A stretch of 64,000 nt of DNA from Candidatus Binataceae bacterium (GCA_035531615.1 DATKSQ010000143.1:22449-86448), one strand, 5' to 3'; shown: positions 37,968 to 46,598, counted from the stretch's first letter. Numbers and translations: made by a program. The notes: a model not told the origin generated them from the letters alone.

Positions 37968-38041
37968 CCTGCGGGTTGCGTCCGCCGGGCGCAGCGAGGA
38001 TCGAAGCAAGGCAGAAGAACGAAGCCTTCAAGGGCAGCTAG
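37968..38041 (+). pseudogene. Degenerate duplicate of the ppdK 3' end including its TAG stop
   Basis: 37999-38041 aligns gap-free with 37194-37236 at 34/43 identical. It reads ...IEARQKNEAFKGS-TAG versus ppdK ...IEAGQKKKAFKDV-TAG. Weaker similarity with indels extends ~30 nt further upstream. Confidence 0.6.
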
Positions 38042-38050
38042 GTGGCGGCG

Positions 38051-38168
38051 GAAAAAACCGTCCACAGATTTCACAGATTAACACAGATTATGCGGTCGGC
38101 GCCTGAACGGCGCTGACTGTGTTGTTATGTGAAAATCTGAATCGGTGAAATCCGTGTAATCTGTGGAT
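38051..38168. repeat. Palindromic CACAGA-array element, copy 2
   Basis: The left arm is GTCCACAGATTTCACAGATTAACACAGATT. The right arm is a degenerate inverted array ending ...GTAATCTGTGGAT. The central hairpin is GTCGGCGCC/GGCGCTGAC. The left flank GAAAAAACC is the same as in copy 1. Confidence 0.8.
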
Positions 38169-38277
38169 TCTTGTTCAGGCCTTCCGCAGCACCCATAGCT
38201 GCTCATTCCCGTAGGTCGGAGGCGAGCGGGAAAAATCCGAGTACTCGGCAACGACTTGGGATCCGGTCATCTTGAGC

Positions 38278-38332
38278 CCTTCGGCAGTGCTCAGGGCCGG
38301 AGTCGAAAGCTTGTCCTGAGCTTCGCCGAAGG
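38278..38332. repeat. 18-bp-armed palindromic repeat
   Basis: CCTTCGGCAGTGCTCAGG (38278-38295) is the reverse complement of CCTGAGCTTCGCCGAAGG (38315-38332) at 15/18 positions. It underlies the spurious ORF 38175-38369. Confidence 0.6.
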
Positions 38333-38445
38333 AACCCCTTGTCTTTCCGGGGTCCATATATGACACCAAACGCTGACGGTCAAAAAACTCTCCAGTGCTC
38401 GAAATGCCACCCCGGTAAGCCGCACTGAAAGAGATTGCAGCCCGA

Positions 38446-39048
38446 TCACTCGAGCAATCCGGGGACGGGCTCGACCTCGATTCGGCGCGCTTCCAGGTCC
38501 ATCGCCTTGATCACGTCCGCGATCACAGGCACCAGCGTTTCCTTTTTGCCGTCGCGCACCACGAGCACGTCGTTGGCTCCGGTGGCCATCACCTCGGTGA
38601 CCACGCCGAGCCGTCGCCCGTCGGTCAGGACGACTTCGCATCCTACGGCCTGGTAGTGATAGAACTCGCGCGGACCGGCGGGGGGCAGCTCGGCCTGCGC
38701 GATCATTACGTCCGCGCCCTTGAGCCCATCCGCCTGATCGGCGTCCGAGATATCGTTCAGGATCAGGCGGATCATCCCGCCGCCCACTCGCGACGCCGCG
38801 ATGACCTGATGCTCGCGGCGCTCGGCGCTGAGCACGAGCGTGATGCGCGTGGCGTGCGCGAACAATTCTGAATCGGGATTGTCGGGGCGCACGCGGAGCG
38901 CGCCGCCGAGTCCATGCGCGCCGGCGATACGCCCGACCCGGAGCATCGCGGGCGGCGCCGCGTCACGCTGGTCCTGAGGATGCGCGATCAACGCCGCGGG
39001 CGAGGCGGGCTGTGCTAGTGGGCGCGGAGGCCGATCGGCCGAGGCCAT
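38446..39048 (-). CDS. rimM: 16S rRNA processing protein RimM
   Basis: LRVGRIAGAHGLGGALRVRP, PRC-barrel C-terminus, and rpsP-KH-rimM synteny. The true start may be Met 38946. Confidence 0.88.
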   Translation of the reverse strand: MASADRPPRPLAQPASPAALIAHPQDQRDAAPPAMLRVGRIAGAHGLGGALRVRPDNPDSELFAHATRITLVLSAERREHQVIAASRVGGGMIRLILNDISDADQADGLKGADVMIAQAELPPAGPREFYHYQAVGCEVVLTDGRRLGVVTEVMATGANDVLVVRDGKKETLVPVIADVIKAMDLEARRIEVEPVPGLLE

Positions 39049-39057
39049 CGCAGAGCG

Positions 39058-39294
39058 CTACTTGTCTTCGATGATCTCGAGGACGACCTTGCGGCTGGTG
39101 CGCGAGGCGACCGCATTCAAGATCGTCCGGATCGATTTGGCGGTCCGGCCCTGCTTGCCGATCACGCGGCCCAGGTCTTCCTTGGCGACGCGCAACTCGA
39201 GGATCGAGGCGGTCTCGCCCTGGGTTTCCTTGACCTCGACGGCGTCGGGGTTATTGACCAGTTGTTGGGCCAGGAACTGAACCAGCTCCTTCAT
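39058..39294 (-). CDS. KH-domain RNA-binding protein (YlqC/UPF0109)
   Basis: LRVAKEDLGRVIGKQGRTAKSIRTIL carries the GxxG KH motif. It lies between rpsP and rimM. Confidence 0.9.
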   Translation of the reverse strand: MKELVQFLAQQLVNNPDAVEVKETQGETASILELRVAKEDLGRVIGKQGRTAKSIRTILNAVASRTSRKVVLEIIEDK

Positions 39295-39320
39295 GGTTGG
39301 CCTCGATGCAGCGGGTTGCG

Positions 39321-39575
39321 TCAGGCGGAGGTCGCTGCGTTAGAAACCTGCTTGATCAATTTCCGAACCGTATCGCTGGGCTTGGCGCCGGCCTTGAGCC
39401 AGCGATCGACGTGGTCTTTTTTGATCGCGACGCGCGGCGGATTGAAGGCCGGGTCGTAGGTGCCGATCTGATCGACAAAGCGGCCATCGCGGGGCGCGCG
39501 CGAGTCGGCGACCACGATCCGGTAGAAGGGTTTCTTTTTGCCGCCGTGGCGGCGCAGTCGGATTACCAGTGCCAT
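39321..39575 (-). CDS. rpsP: 30S ribosomal protein S16
   Basis: [33 protein letters not shown]. Confidence 0.97.
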   Translation of the reverse strand: MALVIRLRRHGGKKKPFYRIVVADSRAPRDGRFVDQIGTYDPAFNPPRVAIKKDHVDRWLKAGAKPSDTVRKLIKQVSNAATSA

Positions 39576-39594
39576 TCGTATCTCCTTGCCTATT

Positions 39595-40935
39595 CTAGCT
39601 CCCGAAACCCAGTCCGCGCATCATCGATTTTCCGGCTCCGAGCTTGGTCAGCTTTTTCATCATCTTGCGCGTCTGGTCGAACTGTTTGAGAAAGCGGTTG
39701 ATATCCTGAACCGAGGTCCCACTGCCGGAGGCGATCCGCATCCGCCGCTTGCCGTTGAGGATCAGATGGTTGTTGCGCTCCGCGATGGTCATCGAATCGA
39801 TTATGGCCTGAATCCGCTTGAGCTCGGTCTTGGCTTCCTCCGAGTCGGCCGCGCCGGCGAGTTTTTTCAGCCCCGGGATCATGCCGATCAATTCGCCGAG
39901 CGAACCCATCTTGCGGATCGCCTTAATCTGGTCGGCGAAATCGGTGATCGTGAATTCGTTCTTCTTGAACTTGCGTTCGAGCTCTTTGGCCTTGGTGGCG
40001 TCGTAATTGGTCTGCGCCTTTTCGATCAGCGTCAGCACGTCGCCCATCCCCAGGATCCGCGACGACAGGCGGTCGGGATGAAAGACCTCGAAGGAATCGA
40101 CCTTCTCGCCAAGGCCCACGAACAGGATCGGCGCGCCGGTCACCGCGCGCACCGACAGCGCCGCGCCGCCGCGCGCGTCGGAATCGAGCTTGGTCAGGAT
40201 TACGCCCGAAAGCCCCAGCCGCTCATGGAACCCGAGCGCGACGTTGGCCGCCTCCTGCCCCGTCATCGCGTCGGCGACGAACAGGATATGATGCGGGTTG
40301 AGCGCGGCCTTGAGGCGCGCCAACTCGTCCATCAGCTCCTCATCGATCTGCAGGCGTCCGGCGGTGTCGATAATTATCGCGTCATGGCCGCCGGCGTCCG
40401 CCCGCGCCATCGCGCGCGAGGCGATCTCGACGGGGTCCTCGGTCTCGCGGCTTTCGACCACCGGAACCCCGATCTGCGCGCCGAGCACGCGCAACTGCTC
40501 CATCGCGGCGGGCCGGTAGATATCGGTCGAGGCGAGAATCGGATGGCGTTTGCGCTCTGCGCCGAGCCACTTGGCGAGCTTGGCCGCCGAGGTGGTTTTG
40601 CCCGAACCCTGCAAGCCCACCATCATGATTTTGACCGGAGGCTTGACCTTCAGATCGAGTTCGCGCGCCTGCCCACCCATCACCTGGGTCAGTTCGTTCG
40701 AGACGAACTTGATCAGATGCTGCTCGGGCGAGAGCGAGCGCAACACTTCCTGGCCGAGTGCGCGGGTGCGCACGTGCTCGACAAAATCGCGGACGACCTT
40801 GAGATTGACGTCGGCTTCGAGAAGCGCAAGGCGGACTTCACGCAGCGCCTCTTCGATATTGCGCTCGGTGATTCGGCCGTGGCCCTTGAGCTTCTTGAAG
40901 ACGCCTTCGAGGCGATCGCTTAACGTGTCGAACAT
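39595..40935 (-). CDS. ffh: Signal recognition particle protein Ffh
   Basis: [38 protein letters not shown], and a Met-rich M domain. Confidence 0.97.
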   Translation of the reverse strand: MFDTLSDRLEGVFKKLKGHGRITERNIEEALREVRLALLEADVNLKVVRDFVEHVRTRALGQEVLRSLSPEQHLIKFVSNELTQVMGGQARELDLKVKPPVKIMMVGLQGSGKTTSAAKLAKWLGAERKRHPILASTDIYRPAAMEQLRVLGAQIGVPVVESRETEDPVEIASRAMARADAGGHDAIIIDTAGRLQIDEELMDELARLKAALNPHHILFVADAMTGQEAANVALGFHERLGLSGVILTKLDSDARGGAALSVRAVTGAPILFVGLGEKVDSFEVFHPDRLSSRILGMGDVLTLIEKAQTNYDATKAKELERKFKKNEFTITDFADQIKAIRKMGSLGELIGMIPGLKKLAGAADSEEAKTELKRIQAIIDSMTIAERNNHLILNGKRRMRIASGSGTSVQDINRFLKQFDQTRKMMKKLTKLGAGKSMMRGLGFGS

Positions 40936-41087
40936 AAATCAGAGCCGGTATGCGGCAGGCGCAGGATGCGATGCTGGTGCTTCCAATCCACGATCAGTCT
41001 AGCAAACCGCCCACGCTAGGCCAGCGCGCCCAGGCAGTCAATCGGGAGGGGGCGACGGGGCGAGTATGAAGACCGACCTAACCCCTA

Positions 41088-41110
41088 CCCCTTCCCGCAT
41101 CGGGAAGGGG
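41088..41110. repeat. Perfect 9-bp hairpin CCCCTTCCC-GCATC-GGGAAGGGG
   Basis: Read directly. It is intergenic, between ffh and the M20 gene. Confidence 0.6.
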
Positions 41111-41163
41111 AACTACTTGGCTACAATCGGTGGTGAAATTTGGGAGCGGACTGCATCAAATGC

Positions 41164-41188
41164 TGGTGGCGCGGGCGTCGCGCCCGCG
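41164..41188. repeat. REP-like 25-mer TGGTGGCGCGGGCGTCGCGCCCGCG, copy 1
   Basis: 24/25 identical to 59604-59628. It contains the hairpin GCGGGCG-TCG-CGCCCGC. Confidence 0.65.
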
Positions 41189-41259
41189 ATCGCCCGCGTT
41201 GCAAGGCGCCCGGCTGGATCGGGCGGCGCGAGGCCCGCGGCGAGTTGCCGGGGCGCCGG

Positions 41260-42426
41260 TTAGGATTCTTTGCTGGCGGCGAACTCGGCTTTGGCTGATG
41301 CGAGCAGGTCGGGCTCGGCGAGCAGGTCGTAGGCGGTCATCGCGAGCGACTTTGCCACGCGGATCATTGCGTCGTAGCCGCGCCGGGAATCGGCGTGGCG
41401 GACGAAGGCGTCTTCGTGGCAGGTGCCTTCGCCGGGGCTCGAAATCGCGAAGACCGGATGAATCGCGACGAAGCGATGGCTGATATCGCCCATGTCGGTG
41501 CTGCCGGTCGGCAAATCCAGCGGCGCGTCGGGTGCGGGGGCGCCGAGCGCGGCCGAGTGGGCGGCGTAGCGATGCGCGACGGTCATGTTGTTGATCATGT
41601 TTTTATAGCCCGCGTTGTTCGAGTGCTCGACGCGGGTTCCGGCAGACATCGCCGCGCCCTCGGCGCATCGGATCACGCGCTCGGCCATTTCCCGCGCGTA
41701 CTTGGCGCCGCGCGCGCGGGTGACGAACTGGCACTCGGTCAGTTCGGGAATGATGTTGGTCGCCTGGCCGCCGTTGGTGATGATGCCGTGGATTCGCGAG
41801 CCGTCGCGGAAGTGCAGGCGCGCCATATCGACCGCGTGAAACGTTTGCAGCATCGCGGCCAGCGCGCTCGAGCCGTCCCACGGCGCGAGCGCGGCGTGGG
41901 CTGCCTTGCCGTGGAAGGTGAGCCGGACGCCGTGCGTGGCCAGCGCGGGCATCGTGGACCATTCACCGTCCATCGGATGCGCCATCATCGCGGCGTCAAC
42001 GCCTTTAAGCGCGCCGCGATTCATCAAGATGACCTTGCCGCCGCCGCCTTCCTCGGCGGGGGTGCCCATGAAAACGATCTTGCCGTTGAGCCGCGGCGCG
42101 ATAGCGTGCAGTCCGGCGACCGCGGCCAGCGCGGCGCCCGCGATCAGGTTGTGGCCGCACGAATGGCCGTTGGGCAGCGCGTCGTACTCGGCAAAAATGG
42201 CGACGGTTGGTCCGTCCTTGCCGAACTCGGCGCGAAACGCGGTCTTGAGCCCGCCGACTCCGTGCTCGACGTTCAGGCCAAGCGCGGCCGCCGCGGCGGA
42301 TAGCTGCTCGGCGGCGAAGACTTCCTCGAAGCGCGGCTCGGGACGGTCGTGGATCGCTTTGCTGGCCGCGACCACGGTCGGGCGGTATGCGTCGATCGCG
42401 CGGATAATCTCCTGATGTGGATCCAT
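41260..42426 (-). CDS. M20-family metallopeptidase / amidohydrolase
   Basis: FAEYDALPNGHSCGHNLIAGAALAA, MGTPAEEGGGGK, and a length of 388 aa. Confidence 0.85.
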   Translation of the reverse strand: MDPHQEIIRAIDAYRPTVVAASKAIHDRPEPRFEEVFAAEQLSAAAAALGLNVEHGVGGLKTAFRAEFGKDGPTVAIFAEYDALPNGHSCGHNLIAGAALAAVAGLHAIAPRLNGKIVFMGTPAEEGGGGKVILMNRGALKGVDAAMMAHPMDGEWSTMPALATHGVRLTFHGKAAHAALAPWDGSSALAAMLQTFHAVDMARLHFRDGSRIHGIITNGGQATNIIPELTECQFVTRARGAKYAREMAERVIRCAEGAAMSAGTRVEHSNNAGYKNMINNMTVAHRYAAHSAALGAPAPDAPLDLPTGSTDMGDISHRFVAIHPVFAISSPGEGTCHEDAFVRHADSRRGYDAMIRVAKSLAMTAYDLLAEPDLLASAKAEFAASKES

Positions 42427-42478
42427 CGGATGCCTCAGCCCGATTCAGTAGCATCGCCGGGGCCACGCGGTCCAACGA

Positions 42479-44623
42479 CTAAGCTCCGGCCTTCGTTTGC
42501 TGCGGCGGCACGACCACCGCGACGGCGCAGCGCGCCTTGCGGATAATTTCGCGTACCTTGCGGCCGAAGAACAGGCGCTCGTCAGAGGAGCGAAACAGCA
42601 CGCCCATCACCAGCAGCCCGATATCGTCCTTGGCGGCGGTGGCGAGAATCACACTCTCTGGCTTGCGGCCGGCGCCGACGCGCGCCTCGACGTTGACGCC
42701 AAGTTCCTGGCCGAGCTTTCCGATCTCATCGACGAATTCGCGGCCCTCGGCCGCTCTGAGAGCGCCGCCGGAGCCAAACACCGGCACCGTCAGCATCGAG
42801 GACTCTCGCACGTAAAGCGCCGTCACCTGTGAGCCGAACACGCGCGCGTACTGCATCGCGACCGTGGCGCCCAGGCGGGCAAAGGCCGCGCCGGTCGTGG
42901 GTGTGAGCACGCGAGTGAAGGGCACGGCGGTGTTGCCGCCGCGTACAATCACCACCGGCGCGCGCGCCGAGCTGACGAGGCTGCGCAGAACCTCGCCGCC
43001 CAGGTTGTCGTAGCCGCCCTGATGCGACGCGCCCGCGAAGATCGCGTCGTAGCCGCGTGCGGCCTCGAGCGTGATTGCCTCCGCGATCGAGTCGGCGCTG
43101 CCGACGCGTTGATGGACGTTCTTTGCGCCGGCCTGCTCGGCAATCGCCTTCATGCGGGCAAACTGCTCGTCGAACTCGGCCGACTTGGCCGGCATCGCCG
43201 GTGTTGCCGCGCGGAATATGGTCACGCTCGCGTCCTTGTGATTGGCCAGCGCGGCGGCGATGTGCGCGGCCAAATCCGCGTGCGGGCCACCGCCGGAGAG
43301 CACCAGCAGCTTGGTGCCTTCGTGCGAAAACGGCAGGCGCTCGAGCAGTTTCTCGCGCTCGATGCGGTCGGCTTCGCTGGGGCGCGCGGTGGTTTCGCCG
43401 ATTGCCCAACTGAGCAGCGGCGGGGTCATCAGCGAAGTCACCATCGCGAAGAGGATCAGCACGGTGTACATCGAAGGCGTCAGTACGCCGAGGGTTAAAC
43501 CGACCAGCGCGACGATAATGCCCATCCCGCCGCGTGCGTTCATTCCGATCGCGACGGCGAGCGCCTCGCGCCATTTCAGGCCGCCGAGCTTGCCGCCGAC
43601 ACCGCATCCGAAGAGCTTGGTCGCGCATCCGACGACCAGGATAAGAATCGCGATCGCGGGGCTTGTGAGCGTCGATAGGTCGGTGCGGAGTCCCGAGTAG
43701 GCGAAGAAAATCGGCGCGAGGAAGCCGGTTGCGACGGTCTCGAGTTCGCTCACGTCGGCAGGTTTGACCCGCGCCGACTGGGTTAGCATCAACCCCGCGA
43801 TAAAGGCGCCGAACACCGCGTGCAGGCCGATCGCCTGCGCGACCACCGCGCAGCCCAGGGCGATCGCCAGCATCGCGCTGAACTTCGCATGCTCGACGTA
43901 GGTGCGGTCATCGACCCAGCGCAGAAAGCGGCCGGCCAGCGGCGTTCCGACGAAGTAGCAGAAGGCCAGGAACGCCGCGGTTTCCGCGAGCAGCCGTGAT
44001 ACCGACATCACGTCGATAACTCCGCGCTCCGCCAATCCCGCGACGATCGACAGCAACAGCCATCCGATGGAATCGTCCAGCACGCCAGCGGCCAGGATCA
44101 GCATTCCCAGGTCGCGGCGCATCAGCCCCAGATCGAGCAGAATCTTCGCAATCACCGGCACCGCCGAGATCGAGATCGCGACGCCCAGAAACAGCGCGAA
44201 AATAATCCGCTGCTCTGGCGCCACCAGATGGTGCGCTGGAATCATCAGGCCCAGCGCCACTCCGCTCCCAAGCGGAATCGCGACGCCAAAACCCGACACC
44301 AGAGTGACGGTGCGGCCCAATCCGCGCAGGATGCCCAGGTCGGTCTCGAGTCCGATGAACAGCAGCAGAGTCACCGCGCCAAGCCATGCGAGCGATTCCA
44401 GCAGATGCATCTGAAGCAAGTCGGGCGGAAACACCAGCGCATAGAGCGCCGGCGCGAGATGGCCCAACAGCGACGGACCGAGCAGGATTCCGGCCAGCAA
44501 CTCGCCAATCACGGCGGCTTGCCCGATGCGCTTCATCAAATCGGCCAGCACCCGGCTGGCCGCCAATAGCAGTCCGATCTGGAGCAGGAAGCGGAGAATT
44601 TCGAGTTCGCTTAGCTGTTGCAT
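42479..44623 (-). CDS. CPA2-family cation:proton antiporter fused to two C-terminal universal stress protein domains
   Basis: The N-terminal ~400 aa are polytopic (IGELLAGILLGPSLLGHL). They are followed by two USP-like blocks (KLLVLSGGGPHADL...APVVIVRG and VLTPTTGAAFA...CAVAVVVPP). Confidence 0.88.
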   Translation of the reverse strand: MQQLSELEILRFLLQIGLLLAASRVLADLMKRIGQAAVIGELLAGILLGPSLLGHLAPALYALVFPPDLLQMHLLESLAWLGAVTLLLFIGLETDLGILRGLGRTVTLVSGFGVAIPLGSGVALGLMIPAHHLVAPEQRIIFALFLGVAISISAVPVIAKILLDLGLMRRDLGMLILAAGVLDDSIGWLLLSIVAGLAERGVIDVMSVSRLLAETAAFLAFCYFVGTPLAGRFLRWVDDRTYVEHAKFSAMLAIALGCAVVAQAIGLHAVFGAFIAGLMLTQSARVKPADVSELETVATGFLAPIFFAYSGLRTDLSTLTSPAIAILILVVGCATKLFGCGVGGKLGGLKWREALAVAIGMNARGGMGIIVALVGLTLGVLTPSMYTVLILFAMVTSLMTPPLLSWAIGETTARPSEADRIEREKLLERLPFSHEGTKLLVLSGGGPHADLAAHIAAALANHKDASVTIFRAATPAMPAKSAEFDEQFARMKAIAEQAGAKNVHQRVGSADSIAEAITLEAARGYDAIFAGASHQGGYDNLGGEVLRSLVSSARAPVVIVRGGNTAVPFTRVLTPTTGAAFARLGATVAMQYARVFGSQVTALYVRESSMLTVPVFGSGGALRAAEGREFVDEIGKLGQELGVNVEARVGAGRKPESVILATAAKDDIGLLVMGVLFRSSDERLFFGRKVREIIRKARCAVAVVVPPQQTKAGA

Positions 44624-44821
44624 CCCGAGTGCCGGCGCGGATTGAAATCGCCACCGTCAGGTCACGGCGGCTGTGTCCGGCAACGGTAACATGCCAAGCG
44701 CAGCGGGTGCGAGAAAAAATCTCGCCGCGCGGCGGCAATCGCGGCCGCAGGGCGCGCCACGATCGAGCTACGGATGGCTCAGCAGCCGGCGGCACGGGAT
44801 TTTTCGCTGGTTCGGTCCCCG

Positions 44822-45601
44822 CTACTTCAGGAAGTCATCGACATGATTTTGCTTAATCGAGATGTTGATCCACGCGCCGATGATGGCGCCGAACGGCGAT
44901 GGGGTGAAACGGATGCGCGTCTCGTCGGCCACCATGTCGGCGATATAGGCGGCAGGGCTCATCCCCAGCTCGGTCAACCGCACCCATTTGTTGGGCTGAA
45001 ACGGCGCACCCGCTTCCTCGGCAACGTGAAGCGAGCGCCAGGTCCGGTAGTGTTTCATTCCGGGAAGCTGCTTGCCCTCGCGCGTGTGATGGCCCAGGTA
45101 CCAATCCTCACCGGCGGCGAAGGAGATCTTGGGACCGTAGCGGAAGCAGTAGCTGTTGATGAAGATCTCCGCGTCGTCGTCGGCCTCGGGCGGCCCCTTC
45201 GGCCATTCCAGTTGCAGCGAGACGTACTTGTAATGCTGCGGGGGCGCGTCGCGCAGCAGATCGAATTGCGGCTCCTCGCCGAGCAACATGCATTCGAACG
45301 GGCCGAAGCCTGCCGTGCCCTCGCGGGCCGGCGTCCACAGCCCCGGGGCGCTGCGGTAGGCTGCGCGCCACGCCTCGTAATCGTCGAAGCAGAGTTCGCT
45401 CCTACGCACGAACTGATCGAACGGAGCCGGCGCTCCCGAGCTCGGATAGGGAATGCCCACGTTGACCTGCGGCCACGAGCGGTAGCGGCGCACGCCGGGC
45501 AGCTTTCTGACCGCGGGGACATGCGTTCCCAAGTACCATTTCTCGCCGTCCGCGCGGGAAACCCCGGCGGGATAGTTGAACAGGTGAACGAAGCGAATCA
45601 T
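44822..45601 (-). CDS. Protein with two EthD-like (dimeric alpha/beta-barrel) repeats, paralog B
   Basis: The start is at MIRFVHLFNYP. The internal repeat is visible in GEKWYLGTHVPAVRKLPGVRRYRSW versus GEDWYLGHHTREGKQLPGMKHYRTW. The halves end QFDLLRD and VDDFLK. The family call is tentative. Confidence 0.55.
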   Translation of the reverse strand: MIRFVHLFNYPAGVSRADGEKWYLGTHVPAVRKLPGVRRYRSWPQVNVGIPYPSSGAPAPFDQFVRRSELCFDDYEAWRAAYRSAPGLWTPAREGTAGFGPFECMLLGEEPQFDLLRDAPPQHYKYVSLQLEWPKGPPEADDDAEIFINSYCFRYGPKISFAAGEDWYLGHHTREGKQLPGMKHYRTWRSLHVAEEAGAPFQPNKWVRLTELGMSPAAYIADMVADETRIRFTPSPFGAIIGAWINISIKQNHVDDFLK

Positions 45602-45682
45602 AACTTGCACTCCTTGGCGGCTTGCGGCGGCGCGCACTGGCCAGCCGCAGTATGCGCCCAAATACGATCCGCAACCGCGGGT

Positions 45683-46396
45683 TCAAGGGATAAGCGGATG
45701 GTCCTTGAGAAAATCGACGTCGGGTTTGTACGGGACGAACGTGCTCACCATCTTGACGAACGGATACGCTCCGCCCCATGGCGCGGGCGTGTAGCGTGGC
45801 GGCGACTCGATTACCGCCTTGCGCCACGCCGCGAAATCCTGGTACCAAAGCTCGGACAGGCGCAGCCACGGGGTTGAGAACGGCGGATTGCGCAGCGCGC
45901 GATGGCTGACGAAATGGAGCAGGCCGGGCTGCCGCGCGGCTTCCGGCGCATGCACCTCGAGGTACCAGCGGTCGGCCTCCTCGGCCGAAACCCCGTCCGG
46001 ATATCCGATCACCTGATACCATCGGATGAACGGACGTTCCTCCGGCGCGGGCTCCTTGCCGAGAAAATCCTCGCTCGGCATCGCGGGCACGATCGTCACC
46101 GCGCTGTCGGTGCCGAAGAACGACTCCCATCCCCCGGGCGGCGCGGTATAGGGGCGCGCGAGCGGCTTAGCTTCGATGAACGCCTCGCGGTTGTCGTACC
46201 AAAGTTCGGTCACACGCCCGCGGCGCACGCCGAAGCGGTCCGCCTCGGGAGGAGCGTCGTAGGCGCGATAGGTCTCGTAGCGGCGCAGCCACGGGCCGAA
46301 GAACCGGACCACCTCCTTGCTGTGGAAGCGGAAGTAATAGCGATCGGTTTCGGTCCAGGTGGCGCGCGGCTGGAAAACGAAACAATGCTTGATCAT
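45683..46396 (-). CDS. Protein with two EthD-like repeats, paralog A
   Basis: MIKHCFVFQP...TDRYYFRFHSKEVV... versus EEADRWYLEVHAPEAARQPG. The halves end SEDFLGKE and DVDFLKD. Confidence 0.55.
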   Translation of the reverse strand: MIKHCFVFQPRATWTETDRYYFRFHSKEVVRFFGPWLRRYETYRAYDAPPEADRFGVRRGRVTELWYDNREAFIEAKPLARPYTAPPGGWESFFGTDSAVTIVPAMPSEDFLGKEPAPEERPFIRWYQVIGYPDGVSAEEADRWYLEVHAPEAARQPGLLHFVSHRALRNPPFSTPWLRLSELWYQDFAAWRKAVIESPPRYTPAPWGGAYPFVKMVSTFVPYKPDVDFLKDHPLIP

Positions 46397-46462
46397 CTTT
46401 TTACCCGCTGTGTGCGCGCGCGAGATCGCTTAGCGAGCCAAAAGCTCGCCCCGTTTGAGGCC

Positions 46463-46491
46463 AATACAACGCCCCCGGCCGCTGCTGTCAA
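46463..46491 (-). promoter_or_regulatory. Candidate sigma-70 promoter for the EthD-like pair
   Basis: Minus strand: TTGACA (46491-46486), 17-nt spacer, TGTATT (46468-46463), ~65 nt upstream of the ATG at 46396. Confidence 0.3.
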
Positions 46492-46598
46492 CCGTCCATA
46501 TACGGGAATCCGGGTTGCATTCCCGCAGCGGTCCTAATCGGGCCGCACGCGCGCCGCTCTCCGAACGACGCGCGCGCTTTGATCGAGTTCCGGTTTGC

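Noticed and set aside
38175-38369. 64-aa minus-strand ORF
   Set aside because: It spans the 18-bp-armed palindrome and has atypical codon usage and no RBS. It is interpreted as translation of a repeat.
39538-40923. 461-aa plus-strand ORF
   Set aside because: It is antisense to ffh (SRP54), which is unambiguous on the minus strand.
41066-41263. 65-aa ORF, and its counterpart at 59603-59800
   Set aside because: Both run through REP-like hairpins. Their shared peptide stretch simply reflects the shared 25-mer repeat.
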